The position numbers and the translations under genes are program-made. Of a stretch of DNA of 64,000 bases, positions 39,870-49,726 are shown piece by piece. Numbering within the stretch: the first letter of the stretch is position 1; the number at the start of each line of letters is the position of its first letter. The DNA comes from an uncultured bacterium. GTDB taxonomy: Bacteria; Chlamydiota; Chlamydiia; Chlamydiales; SM23-39. The DNA is taken from contig OY970323.1 of NCBI GenBank assembly GCA_963716985.1, forward strand, positions 408,611-472,610, in the 5' to 3' direction. The notes under the pieces are model-generated. The model did no database searches and was not told the origin of the DNA. It was given only the letters and a program-made list of their open reading frames with translations.

Positions 39870-40343
39870 GTGAAGTGTCCCTTTTGTCATTTTGAAGAAA
39901 CAAAGGTGACAGATTCCCGTTATGCGGCGGAAATGAATGCGATTCGCAGAAGAAGAGAGTGTCTTTCTTGCGCGAATCGTTTCACCACCTTTGAAACGGT
40001 TGATTTGACCTTGCAGGTTCTCAAACGAGATGGAACCTATGAGGATTTTAGCCAAGAAAAACTTTTTAAAGGGTTGGATGCGGCTTGTAAGCATTCGCGG
40101 GTTTCTCACGATCAAGTAAGAGAGCTTGTTTCGAAGATTTTAGTCGATCTTTTGACGCGCCAGATTCGGTCGATCCCGTCTCAGGAGCTCGGAGAAATTG
40201 TGATGCAACATTTGAAAGCATTAGATGTTGTTGCATATATTCGTTTTGCCTGTGTATATAAGCGATTTAAACACATAGAAGAGGTGATGAGGGCTATAGA
40301 GGTAGCCACGCGCTCTTCGGACCTTGAACCAAACAACCAATAA
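39870..40343 (+). CDS. nrdR: transcriptional repressor NrdR
   Basis: GTG start 24 nt after tRNA-Ser. Zinc ribbon KCPFC...CLSC plus an ATP-cone. The track ORF start at 39681 runs through the tRNA and is spurious. Confidence 0.85.
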   Translation: MKCPFCHFEETKVTDSRYAAEMNAIRRRRECLSCANRFTTFETVDLTLQVLKRDGTYEDFSQEKLFKGLDAACKHSRVSHDQVRELVSKILVDLLTRQIRSIPSQELGEIVMQHLKALDVVAYIRFACVYKRFKHIEEVMRAIEVATRSSDLEPNNQ

Positions 40344-40354
40344 AGGGATGCGCT

Positions 40355-40720
40355 ATGCCGTTGCAGCCGGAAGAAATTGAAAGAGTTAAAAGAAAACTTG
40401 AGCATTTGAAAAATCAGATCACTCGCTCGATACAAGAGGCCAAAGAAGGAGTAAAGGAATTCGACGAGTCCAAGGGATATTCCCAGCATCAGGCCGACGA
40501 AGGAACGGATGACTTTGACAAGACGATCAGCTTAGAAGTTTCGAATAAGGAATTGACGATACTCAAACAGATCGAGCGTGCTTTGGAAAAAATTCAGGAG
40601 GGAACATATGGAATCTGCGATCTTTCGGGAAAAGAGATTCCCCGTGCTCGGCTCGAAGCAATTCCCTATGCAACAATGACGGTTGATGCACAGGAAAAAT
40701 GGGAAAAAGGAATTCTATGA
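40355..40720 (+). CDS. DksA/TraR-family protein (zinc-finger cysteines partly missing)
   Basis: Coiled-coil N-terminus. The C-terminal GTYGICDLSGKEIPRARLEAIPYATMTVDAQ is aligned by eye to the DksA C4 region. Confidence 0.6.
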   Translation: MPLQPEEIERVKRKLEHLKNQITRSIQEAKEGVKEFDESKGYSQHQADEGTDDFDKTISLEVSNKELTILKQIERALEKIQEGTYGICDLSGKEIPRARLEAIPYATMTVDAQEKWEKGIL

Positions 40721-41238
40721 AGCCTCCTCCCCTGCGAAAGGGAAAGATTGCGCTTTTCTTTGTTTTTTTATTGCTTTTTGATTTCCTTTCGAAGTACTAC
40801 ACCAATCTTTCGATCCCGAAGATGAGCTATTTGCATCCACTCTATCCTTTTGGAGGCATTCCCATTTTTCAGGATTTTTTGGGCAGCAGCCTTTCCATTA
40901 ATTTTGTTCAGAATAAAGGCGCTGCATGGGGCCTTTTTTCCGGCATGCCCAACCTTTTATTTTATAGCCGCATCATCATTGTGATCGCACTCATGGTCTA
41001 CACGGTTTTTTTCAACTCTCAAAAAAAACGAGACCCTCCTCTTTTTTTGATTCTCACCGGCGCTTTGGGCAATATTCTGGACACCATCATTTATGGTTAT
41101 GTCGTCGATATGATCCATTTTACTTTTGGTAGTTACTCCTTTCCCGTTTTTAATTGCGCAGATGCGATGATTTTTTCCGGCATTTTTTGGCTTTTCCTTC
41201 TCTCTTTCAGGTGTTCCGGTTGTCAGAAGAGTGAATAA
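40718..41238 (+). CDS. lspA: lipoprotein signal peptidase II
   Basis: Motifs NKGAAWG and FNCADAMIFSGI. An alternative start is at 40699. Confidence 0.75.
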
Positions 41239-41244
41239 AAATTT

Positions 41245-42492
41245 ATGATAGAAATTCTCTCCATTGGCAATGAAATTCTCTCCGGCTCGATTGTCAATAC
41301 GAATAGCGCTTTCATTGCCCAGGCTTTAAGAAAGAAAGGTTTTCCCGTTTCTCGGCAAACGGTTCTCGGGGATGATCCTGCCGCATTAAAAGAAGGGATC
41401 CAGCAAGCGATCGAGCGCTCCTCTCTGATTTTGACCACGGGGGGACTGGGCCCGACTTTTGATGATACGACGAAACAGGTTTTAGCGGACCTTTTTAACG
41501 CCCCTCTTCGTATCCGTGATGAGGTGGTTTTCGATTTGAAAAAAAGGATCCCTCAATGTTCTTTTTTCGAGAATCAAGCACTTCTTCCTGAGGGAGCGCT
41601 TCTTTTGCCCAATCTTTTAGGAACCGCTCCGGGCTTTATTCTTTCTCTTGCGAAAACAACGCTCATTGCAATGCCGGGCGTCCCACAAGAAATGAAGCGT
41701 ATGTTGGAACAAGAGGTGATTCCCTATCTTGAACAACATTTCCCGATTCAAGGGAGGCCCTACGAAGAGGATCTTTATTTCTCCCTCATTTCCGAAACAG
41801 AGCTCGATCCGATTGTCAAAGAAATGCAAGAGAAAACCAAACATCTTGAGATCGGCATTTACCCCTCCTTGGGACAGGTGCGCGTGCATCTTTCGCTCAT
41901 GGAAAAAGACGAGAAAAAAGCAAAAGATCTGCTTTTTTCTTGTAGAGAAAAGCTCCAATCTCTTTTTCCCCATAATCTCTATCCCTCTTCGAAGGAATCT
42001 ATTGCCGAGGTGGTCCAAGATCTTTTTTTATCGCAAAAGAAGAGACTGGCCCTTGCAGAGTCCTGCACAGGGGGCGCCCTTTCTGCCCTTTTGACGCAAA
42101 TTCCTCACTCCTCTGAATATTTTTTAGGATCGATTGTTTGCTATTCCAACGAGATGAAGAGAAATCTCCTTAAGGTGCGGGCAAAAACTCTAAAAGAAAA
42201 AGGCGCTGTGAGCCGAGAGAGCGTTCTGGAGATGATCGAGGGAATTTTTCACCTGACTAAAGCAGACTATGCTCTTGCAATTTCAGGAATTGCAGGGCCT
42301 GGCGGAGAAACAAAAGATCTTCCTGTTGGAAGCGTTTATATAGGTGTTGGAAAGAGGGGGGGGAAGAGCGATGCGGGATTGATCCATGCTCCGAAAGACC
42401 GCCTTTCGGTCATTGAGTATAGCGCCCATTTTGCCCTGTCGCTGCTTTGGAGAAGATTGGCCTTTAATCTTTTTTACTTTGAGCCCTTATGA
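41245..42492 (+). CDS. cinA: CinA-family protein (MoCF-binding domain plus nicotinamide-nucleotide amidase domain)
   Basis: Begins MIEILSIGNEILSGSIVNTNS. The C-terminal domain has AESCTGGALSALLT. Confidence 0.8.
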   Translation: MIEILSIGNEILSGSIVNTNSAFIAQALRKKGFPVSRQTVLGDDPAALKEGIQQAIERSSLILTTGGLGPTFDDTTKQVLADLFNAPLRIRDEVVFDLKKRIPQCSFFENQALLPEGALLLPNLLGTAPGFILSLAKTTLIAMPGVPQEMKRMLEQEVIPYLEQHFPIQGRPYEEDLYFSLISETELDPIVKEMQEKTKHLEIGIYPSLGQVRVHLSLMEKDEKKAKDLLFSCREKLQSLFPHNLYPSSKESIAEVVQDLFLSQKKRLALAESCTGGALSALLTQIPHSSEYFLGSIVCYSNEMKRNLLKVRAKTLKEKGAVSRESVLEMIEGIFHLTKADYALAISGIAGPGGETKDLPVGSVYIGVGKRGGKSDAGLIHAPKDRLSVIEYSAHFALSLLWRRLAFNLFYFEPL

Positions 42493-43310
42493 AAGATCCC
42501 TATCTGCTTCTCGATAGCGGCGGTGAACGGAAGCTGGAACAGTTGGGCAAATATTTGATCATCCGTCCCTCTGCGGCCTCTATCTGGAAACCTTCTTTGG
42601 AAAAAGAAAGGTGGGAAGATGCCGATGCAATGTTCACGAGAGAAGATGGATGGGTGTTCAAGAAGACGATTCCTGCATCCTGGGAAACCGAACTCTCATC
42701 TCTTCGTTTTTTGATGAAGACGACTCCCTTTGGCCATGTAGGACTTTTTCCCGAACACGAGCTTCTTTGGCAGTGGATGGAAAAGAGAATCTCCTCCTCT
42801 TCAAACATATTAAACCTCTTTGCCTATACGGGAGGAGCGAGTCTTGTATGCGCGCGAAAGGGAGCTTCCGTCTGTCATGTAGACGCCTCCGCTCCCGTTG
42901 TTTCCTGGGCCAGGGAAAATGCCAAGATCAATCATCTGGAAAACGCAAAGATTCGCTGGATCGTCGATGATGTGGTCAAGTTTTTGAAGCGCGAGCTCAA
43001 AAGAGGATCTTTTTATGATGGTATTTTGTTAGACCCCCCCACTTTTGGCAGAGGAACAAAAAATGAAGTGTTCAAAATCGAAAGAGATCTGAGTGAAATT
43101 TTGGATTTTTGTCTGGCCCTGCTGTCCGAACAGCCTTTGTTTCTGATTCTCTCTTGCCATACGCCCGGATGGACTCCGCTGGTGATGAAAAATTTGATGG
43201 AGCAGCAAATGAAAGGAAAAATGGGAGTGGTGGAGGTCGGCGAGATGCTTCTCCCTTCTTCCTCTTCTTTTTCCATCCCCTCGGGAAGCTTTGCGAGGTG
43301 GCATTCATGA
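42489..43310 (+). CDS. class I SAM-dependent (rRNA large-subunit type) methyltransferase
   Basis: Motifs LNLFAYTGGASL and ILLDPPTFGRG. The start overlaps the cinA stop (ATGA). Confidence 0.65.
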   Translation: MKDPYLLLDSGGERKLEQLGKYLIIRPSAASIWKPSLEKERWEDADAMFTREDGWVFKKTIPASWETELSSLRFLMKTTPFGHVGLFPEHELLWQWMEKRISSSSNILNLFAYTGGASLVCARKGASVCHVDASAPVVSWARENAKINHLENAKIRWIVDDVVKFLKRELKRGSFYDGILLDPPTFGRGTKNEVFKIERDLSEILDFCLALLSEQPLFLILSCHTPGWTPLVMKNLMEQQMKGKMGVVEVGEMLLPSSSSFSIPSGSFARWHS

Positions 43311-44116
43311 TATTCACGAGCATGAAAAATCCTCATATTCAAGAGGTGCAGGCGTTAAAGGAAAGAAGGGAACGAGATGCAAAGAGTCTCTTCCTGATCG
43401 AAGGGTATCGAGAATTGATGCGCGCCCATAAAGGCAGCATCAAAATAAAGGCCCTCTATATCTGCCGGCAATTCTTCCTGAAAGAAAACGAAGAAGCGCT
43501 CATTCAAGAGTTTCAAAAAAAGAAAGTGGCAGTCAACGAATGCTCTCCCTATGTTTTTGAAAAGATCTCTTATCGCGACCGGCCCGACGGCCTCATTGCA
43601 ATTGCTCTTCAGGAACATAGGAGCATCCAAGACTTAGAAAATCGGCTCGAAAAGAAAAAAAATCCATTTTTACTAGTCGCGGAGTCAATTGAAAAGCCGG
43701 GCAATCTTGGAACCATTTTGCGCTCTGCCGATGCAGCGGGCGTGGACGGGGTGGTTGTGTGCGATGCATGCACGGACATATTCAATCCCAATGTCGTCCG
43801 CGCGAGCGTGGGCACCCTTTTTACCCAGCCTGTTTTCGAAACAACGACCGAGGACCTTCTTCCCTTTTTGAAAAGGAAAAAGATCTCCATTGTGGCTGCA
43901 ACGCCCAATGCAGAAAAGGAGTTTACCGATGCGGATTTGACAAAGCCGCTTGCGATTGTTGTGGGAAGCGAACAATATGGGCTTTCGGAAAAATGGATGA
44001 AAGAGTGCGATCTTCAAATCAAAATTCCGATGTTGGGAATTGCCGATTCTTTAAACGTTGCAACAGCCAGCACCCTGCTTCTTTATGAAGTCCTCAGACA
44101 AAGAAACTCCCTTTAA
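43307..44116 (+). CDS. TrmH/SpoU-family RNA 2'-O-methyltransferase
   Basis: The ATG at 43307 overlaps the upstream stop (ATGA). SpoU motifs PGNLGTILRSADAAG, VVGSEQYGLS and IPMLGIADSLNVATA. Confidence 0.75.
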   Translation: MIFTSMKNPHIQEVQALKERRERDAKSLFLIEGYRELMRAHKGSIKIKALYICRQFFLKENEEALIQEFQKKKVAVNECSPYVFEKISYRDRPDGLIAIALQEHRSIQDLENRLEKKKNPFLLVAESIEKPGNLGTILRSADAAGVDGVVVCDACTDIFNPNVVRASVGTLFTQPVFETTTEDLLPFLKRKKISIVAATPNAEKEFTDADLTKPLAIVVGSEQYGLSEKWMKECDLQIKIPMLGIADSLNVATASTLLLYEVLRQRNSL

Positions 44117-44762
44117 AATCCTTTTTTCCGACAACCATCTGCTCGTCGTTGAAAAAAAAGCGAATCTTTTGACTCAGCCCAATGAGACAAACGAAGAAAA
44201 TCTCGAAGATCTTCTCAAAAAATGGGTCAAAGAAGAGTTTCGCAAACCGGGAAAGGTTTTTTTGCATTGCGTTCATCGCCTGGACAAGCCCGTGAGCGGA
44301 ATTGTCGTGTTTGCAAGAACGTCGAAGGCACTCTCCCGCCTCAATGAGCAGGTCAGGGCCAAAAGTTGGCGCCGCATCTATCTTGCGATTGTGGAGGGAA
44401 GGGTAGAAACAAAGCAGCAGAGGGTCGTTCATGGGTTGGTCCACGGCTCTCATAGGGCAGAAATCGTATCTCCGGAAGATCCCGAAGCAAAAAAAGCGGA
44501 GCTTTTACTTTCCGTTAAAGAGAGGGGAAAGAGATTTACTCTCGTTATGATCGAACTATTGACGGGAAGATATCACCAGATCCGCGCCCAAATGGCCGCG
44601 CTTGGGCATCCGATTGCGGGAGATCAGAAATATGGAAGCAGATGCAAATGCAGCCGGCTTTTTCTTCACCAAGAAGAGTTGGAGCTGGCCCATCCCGTTA
44701 CGAGGGAAAAAATGACCTTTCGCTCAAAGCCGTTCTTTTCCCTGAAAGATGTGGAAGGTTAA
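44085..44762 (+). CDS. RluA-family pseudouridine synthase
   Basis: Motifs HRLDKPVSGIVVFART and GRYHQIRAQ. An alternative start is at 44058. Confidence 0.75.
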   Translation: MKSSDKETPFKILFSDNHLLVVEKKANLLTQPNETNEENLEDLLKKWVKEEFRKPGKVFLHCVHRLDKPVSGIVVFARTSKALSRLNEQVRAKSWRRIYLAIVEGRVETKQQRVVHGLVHGSHRAEIVSPEDPEAKKAELLLSVKERGKRFTLVMIELLTGRYHQIRAQMAALGHPIAGDQKYGSRCKCSRLFLHQEELELAHPVTREKMTFRSKPFFSLKDVEG

Positions 44763-44815
44763 GTTCCGGGCGGGCAATCAAAGGATCTGTTTTCGTTGCG
44801 GTCCCCCGTTTCTTT

Positions 44816-45562
44816 TCAGGGGAAATGGGCTTTTTGCGAGAGGGATTTCCATTCGATTATTCCCGTTCCCGACCAGTGGCCGAATGAGGTGAGATCGAGT
44901 TTGGGGTAAGAAACCTCTCTCCACATTTTGAGCATGGTCCACACGCGGATGTCATCTAAAATAAGATAGGGTAGTTTTCGAAAAGAGATCCTTTGAAAGT
45001 TATCCAAAATTTTTTTCTCCAAAAGACCGTCATGAGTAGCATCGATAAAGATCAGGTCGGCCTGCTGCAGAAGAGATTGATAGCGAATCTGCTCTTTTTC
45101 TAAAGAAAGGTCCGCTATTTCCTGTTTTAGGACACCGTTTTCAAAATCTTTTTCTTGAAGGATGGTGCGATCATCCTCTTTCCAGGAGCGCAAATCAAAG
45201 GTTGTGATTGTTCCGTCTAAAGGAAGGTGCTGCTTTAACGCAAGAGCGGACATGCCTGTGTATGTGCCGATTTCAATGATGCATTTGGGCTCAAGCGCTT
45301 GGACAAAACCTGCTAAAAGTTTGTAGTGCTCTCCGGGCCAAAGGTTGGGGTAATAGGGAGGCGATTGGAGACGGCTTGCAATCGAAGAGAGATCGATTGC
45401 GGAGGCCAGGCGGATGGCTTCTAAAGAGAGGGCGAGCAAAGAGTCGGTGACGAGGGCTGGATCGTCGTGTTGGGAAAAGATCATCGAATACTCTCCATGC
45501 GCCGCTTGCACGGGCGGAGGGAGGAGATCCTTGGGTTTAAGCTTTTTTCGGAAAAACATCAA
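44816..45562 (-). CDS. class I SAM-dependent methyltransferase (O-methyltransferase-like)
   Basis: IIEIGTYTGMSALAL glycine-rich motif and LIFIDATHD. Confidence 0.6.
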   Translation of the reverse strand: MMFFRKKLKPKDLLPPPVQAAHGEYSMIFSQHDDPALVTDSLLALSLEAIRLASAIDLSSIASRLQSPPYYPNLWPGEHYKLLAGFVQALEPKCIIEIGTYTGMSALALKQHLPLDGTITTFDLRSWKEDDRTILQEKDFENGVLKQEIADLSLEKEQIRYQSLLQQADLIFIDATHDGLLEKKILDNFQRISFRKLPYLILDDIRVWTMLKMWREVSYPKLDLTSFGHWSGTGIIEWKSLSQKAHFP

Positions 45563-45642
45563 AACCCTCTTCTTCTGAATGGATTCAAAAGAATGCTTTT
45601 TTTATCATGTTCGCTTGAATCATAAACAGGGGTTTCTTTTTT

Positions 45643-46251
45643 ATGAAGGAAGATATCCGAAAAGCAGTGGAAGACGGAATCAAAGCGATTGAGTTTTTGC
45701 ATCTGCCGCAATCGGTGGCGTTTATTGAAAAGGCAAGCGATTGGATCGTTGATTGCTTTGAAAAAAAGGGCAAGCTCATTATTGCCGGAAATGGGGGAAG
45801 CCTTTGCGATGCGATGCATTTTGCTGAAGAGCTGACGGGTTTTTTTCGCCAAAAAAGAAGAGCTCTTGCGGCGATTGCTCTTTCCGATCCCGGTCATTTG
45901 AGCTGTACGGGAAATGACGTAGGTTTTGATTTTGTTTTTTCAAGAGGCGTCGAAGCGCTTGGAAGAGAGGGAGATCTTTTCATCTGCTTGACAACGAGCG
46001 GGAATTCGATGAATCTTTTGCATGCAAACCAGACGGCCAGCGAGATGGGGTTGAAAACGATTTCGTTTCTCGGGAAAGGAGGGGGAAAACTTAAGGGAAA
46101 GAGCGATCTTGAATGGATTGTCGAAGGATTTGCCACTTCCGATCGGATCCAAGAAGCTCATATGACGGCGATCCATATCCTGATTGAAATTGTGGAAAAA
46201 AAACTAAAACTTTGTACGCAGATACCTCGGAAAACATGCGGCCCTCACTAA
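45643..46251 (+). CDS. gmhA: SIS-domain phosphoheptose isomerase (GmhA/DiaA family)
   Basis: Motifs IAGNGGSLCDAMHFAEEL and LTTSGNS. Confidence 0.7.
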   Translation: MKEDIRKAVEDGIKAIEFLHLPQSVAFIEKASDWIVDCFEKKGKLIIAGNGGSLCDAMHFAEELTGFFRQKRRALAAIALSDPGHLSCTGNDVGFDFVFSRGVEALGREGDLFICLTTSGNSMNLLHANQTASEMGLKTISFLGKGGGKLKGKSDLEWIVEGFATSDRIQEAHMTAIHILIEIVEKKLKLCTQIPRKTCGPH

Positions 46252-47351
46252 GAGAAATTGTGAAGAAAGGAGATCTGCTTTTCCGGGGCAAAAGATATGC
46301 GCAAAGAAGGGGTTTTTTCCCCTTTTTTTTTCGAGCCATTCTGCGGGTGGTCGGTTTTTTCTGGGGTTTCGTTTCAAGAGTCAGAAATTTTGGCTACGAT
46401 CATCGAATACTTCCAATAAGAAAAGTTTCTGCCTTTGTGGTGAGCATCGGAAATCTCGTTGCAGGCGGCACGGGAAAGACTCCGCTAACTCTTCTTATAG
46501 CGAAAAAATTGATCGAAAGGGAGTGCTCTCTTGCCATCCTATCTCGCGGATATGGATCTTTTTCGGAAAGAGAAAAGAGGCCCAAGCGGCTCTCGTCGAA
46601 TGACCACTGGGCACAAGCGGGGGATGAGCCCTTCCTTTTTCAAGAGAGGCTGCAAGAGAAGGCCGACGTCTTTGTGGGCCGGGATCGTTTGTACTCAGCG
46701 CAAATGGCAGAGAGAAGCGGCAGCCGCATATTGCTTCTGGACGATGGCATGCAGTATCGCTTACTACATCGGGACTTGGAGATTACACTGCTCAACGGCC
46801 ACGATCTTTTTGGCCAAGAGGCATTTTTGCCGGCGGGGTTTTTACGAGAAAGCCCCAGAGGGCTGAAGAGAAGCGACTATATCATTGTGAACCACGTACA
46901 AAGCAAAGAACATTTTGAAAGGGTCAAAGAAAGGATTGGATCTTTTGCTAAGAAGCCTTTGATCGGAATGAGCCCTATTCTTTCTTCGATCAAAAACTTG
47001 AACGGCAACAAGGTGGAAAGAGAAAATGGTCCCGTTGCCCTTTTTTGCGGGATTGCACAGCCGCATCTTTTTTACGGTCTTGTGAAAAAATCTGGATTTT
47101 CGATTGTCCAAACGCTTTTTTTGCCGGATCACGGATTTCTTTCTTATGAAGATCTGCTCATTTTTGCGGCATCTGCAAAAGAGATAGGAGCCTGCTGCAT
47201 TCTTTGTACCGAAAAAGATCGAGTCAAGCTCAATCCAAAAGCGCTCTTGTCTCTTCCTGTTCACTATGTGGAAATGGAGCTTGATATTGTCCAGGGAAAA
47301 GAAATTTTTGAACGACTGATCCAACGAATCGTCTCCTCTTGCAAAAGATAA
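46212..47351 (+). CDS. lpxK: tetraacyldisaccharide 4'-kinase
   Basis: N-terminal TM segment, then VVSIGNLVAGGTGKTPL. The start may be at 46236. Confidence 0.8.
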   Translation: MYADTSENMRPSLREIVKKGDLLFRGKRYAQRRGFFPFFFRAILRVVGFFWGFVSRVRNFGYDHRILPIRKVSAFVVSIGNLVAGGTGKTPLTLLIAKKLIERECSLAILSRGYGSFSEREKRPKRLSSNDHWAQAGDEPFLFQERLQEKADVFVGRDRLYSAQMAERSGSRILLLDDGMQYRLLHRDLEITLLNGHDLFGQEAFLPAGFLRESPRGLKRSDYIIVNHVQSKEHFERVKERIGSFAKKPLIGMSPILSSIKNLNGNKVERENGPVALFCGIAQPHLFYGLVKKSGFSIVQTLFLPDHGFLSYEDLLIFAASAKEIGACCILCTEKDRVKLNPKALLSLPVHYVEMELDIVQGKEIFERLIQRIVSSCKR

Positions 47352-47448
47352 AATAGTTTTTGCAAAACTGTTCGTTTTTCATGCTCTCTTCTTGATTTTT
47401 TTCTCTTTCTTCTCAATGATGAAGCCTTGCGTTTTTTAAGGAAAAATT

Positions 47449-48588
47449 ATGGAAATCATGATCATTCTTCCAAAATTGGGAGAAAGTAGCCACCATGCGA
47501 CCATTGTGCAATGGCTCAAGAAAGAGGGCGATGCCGTAGCAAAAGACGAGGCTTTAGTGGAAGTTGCGACGGATAAGGTGAACAGCGAAATTCCATCTAC
47601 CGCCCAAGGCGTTTTGAAAAAAATCTTATGCGACGCAGGAAAAGAGATCGCGGTCGGCGATGCGATTGCAATCATCGAAACGGAAAAAGAATCTTTTTCT
47701 CTTCCTCAAGAGGCGCTTTTTGAGAAGAAAGAAACGATCGCATCCTCTGAGGACTTTTTCTCGCCGGCTGTCTTGAAGCTCTGCCGCGACCATCAGATTT
47801 CGATGGAAGAGGCAAGAAACATCCCAAGGCAAAACGCTCATGGGCGCCTTTCAAAAAAAGACGTGGAGCAATACCTCGAAAAAAGAAAGGAGTCACCGAA
47901 AAAAACGATTCTGATGGGAAGCATGCGAAAAGCGATTGCCGAAAACATGCTGCTCTCTTCCAGAGAGATTCCTGCGGCCTCCTTGATCACGAAAGTGGAT
48001 GTGACCTCTCTCGTGAAATGGATGGCGGCCCATAAGGAAAGTCTATTGAAGAAGACCGGCGTCAGAATTTCCATTACTGCTTTTGTCCTCCATGCGCTTG
48101 CCGAGTCGTTGAAAGAATATCCTTTGGTCAATGCTTCCTTGAAGGGCGACGAGGTGGTTTTCCATTCCGATGCCCATATCGGCGTTGCGGTCCATGTGGA
48201 GGGAGGCCTTCTTGTGCCCATCATCCGCAGTTGTCAGAAGAAGGGTGTCTTTGCATGTGCAAAGGAATTGCAAGAGGTGGCGGCCATGGCAAGAGAGGGA
48301 AAGCTTTCCTTAGATCAGCTCAAGGGAGGGACCATCACGCTCACCAATTTTGGAATGACGGGCATCCAGATGGGATTTCCCATCATCCGGTATCCCGAAG
48401 TGGCCATTTTGGGGATGGGAGCGATCCATAAAGAGCTTGTGATTCACCCGGACGACACGACATCGATCGGATCCATGCTTTATCTTTCCTTGAGTTTTGA
48501 CCACCGTCTTTTCGACGGGATCTATGCATGCCATTTTCTTCGAAAGGTGCAAACCTATTTAGAAACGAACCATTCGGTGGTGGTATGA
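47449..48588 (+). CDS. 2-oxoacid dehydrogenase E2 (dihydrolipoamide acyltransferase)
   Basis: Lipoyl domain (EVATDKVNSEI) and catalytic domain with SFDHRLFDG. Confidence 0.8.
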   Translation: MEIMIILPKLGESSHHATIVQWLKKEGDAVAKDEALVEVATDKVNSEIPSTAQGVLKKILCDAGKEIAVGDAIAIIETEKESFSLPQEALFEKKETIASSEDFFSPAVLKLCRDHQISMEEARNIPRQNAHGRLSKKDVEQYLEKRKESPKKTILMGSMRKAIAENMLLSSREIPAASLITKVDVTSLVKWMAAHKESLLKKTGVRISITAFVLHALAESLKEYPLVNASLKGDEVVFHSDAHIGVAVHVEGGLLVPIIRSCQKKGVFACAKELQEVAAMAREGKLSLDQLKGGTITLTNFGMTGIQMGFPIIRYPEVAILGMGAIHKELVIHPDDTTSIGSMLYLSLSFDHRLFDGIYACHFLRKVQTYLETNHSVVV

Positions 48589-49547
48589 TCGCTTCCCTTT
48601 TTGAAGAAGAGCGTCGTTATTTGAACCATTTTTTTGATGCAATTGACGTAAAAAAAACAGAAGAGCTGGTGCAGGAGCTTCTTCGTTGCCAAGGATCGAT
48701 CATTTTGAGCGGAGTGGGCAAAAGCGGAATCATTGCCAATAAACTGGCCGTTAGCTTTCTTTCTATGGGGACAAAAGCCCTTTTCTTGCCTCCTTTGGAT
48801 GCGCTCCATGGAGATTTAGGCCTTGTCTGCAAAGAAGATCTTTGTGTTTTTTTAACGAAGAGCGGCGACACAAAAGAGCTGTTGCAGATGATTCCCTATA
48901 TTCGAAAAAAAGGGGCGAAAATCATCGCGATCGTTTCGAATCAAGAATCGCGGTTGGTAAAAGAGGCAGACTTTTTCATCACGCTTCCCGTAGAAAAGGA
49001 GCTCTGTCCTTTCAATTTAGCGCCGACCACCTCTGCGGCCGTCCAATTGATTTTTGGAGATATTTTGGCAGTAGCTCTGATGAAAGCGAAGAATTTTACC
49101 CTTTCTGAATTTGCCGTTAACCATCCCGCGGGAAGCATTGGAAAAAAGATCTCGCTTTGCGTGGATGATTTAATGCTCCGTGGAGAAAACATTCCTCTAT
49201 GCACGCAAGAGTCTTGCTTGATCGATGTGATCGCAGAACTCTCTTCAAAAAAATGCGGAGCTCTTCTCGTCGTGGATGAAAAAAACGAGCTGAAAGGAAT
49301 CTTTACCGATGGCGATCTGCGGCGGGCCATTTTGCAATTTGGCAAAGATTTGCTCTCCCAAAAAATTGCAGATCTCATGACGAAAGCGCCCCAAGCAACC
49401 ACCAAAAAGACCCTTGCCTGGCAAGCGATGAAGCAGATGGAAGAAAATCCCAAGAAGCTCATCACCGTGCTTCCGGTTGTGGAAGGGAAGAAGGTGGTTG
49501 GCATTGTCCGCCTGCATGATATTCTGCAAGCGGGCTTGAGCGGGTAG
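48585..49547 (+). CDS. kdsD: arabinose-5-phosphate isomerase (KdsD/KpsF; SIS plus two CBS domains)
   Basis: The ATG at 48585 overlaps the E2 stop (ATGA). Motifs GVGKSGIIANKLA, plus GIFTDGDLRR and VVGIVRLHDIL in the CBS pair. Confidence 0.85.
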   Translation: MIASLFEEERRYLNHFFDAIDVKKTEELVQELLRCQGSIILSGVGKSGIIANKLAVSFLSMGTKALFLPPLDALHGDLGLVCKEDLCVFLTKSGDTKELLQMIPYIRKKGAKIIAIVSNQESRLVKEADFFITLPVEKELCPFNLAPTTSAAVQLIFGDILAVALMKAKNFTLSEFAVNHPAGSIGKKISLCVDDLMLRGENIPLCTQESCLIDVIAELSSKKCGALLVVDEKNELKGIFTDGDLRRAILQFGKDLLSQKIADLMTKAPQATTKKTLAWQAMKQMEENPKKLITVLPVVEGKKVVGIVRLHDILQAGLSG

Positions 49548-49726
49548 CCATGTTTTTCTTGTCATTAAAAGGAAAATAAACAAAAATAAGTCTAACTATT
49601 TTAGTCTTTTTCATTGAATGGTGGGTATGAGAGTCCTTCGATTTTTTTGTAATTAGGTTTTGCCCTATTTTGCACCCTTTCTAAAAAGGGAAAATTTTTC
49701 ACTGTGTTACCAATAGATTTCTCTTT

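Noticed and set aside
39681-40343. 220-aa ORF starting at 39681, and the minus-strand ORF 39669-40115.
   Set aside because: Both run through tRNA-Ser (39757-39845). The real gene is nrdR, starting at the GTG at 39870.
46323-46331. T9 run inside lpxK (and a similar T9 at 50294-50302 in the MFS gene) as phase-variation tracts.
   Set aside because: Both encode poly-Phe within predicted transmembrane helices of intact essential-type genes. Nothing suggests frame switching.
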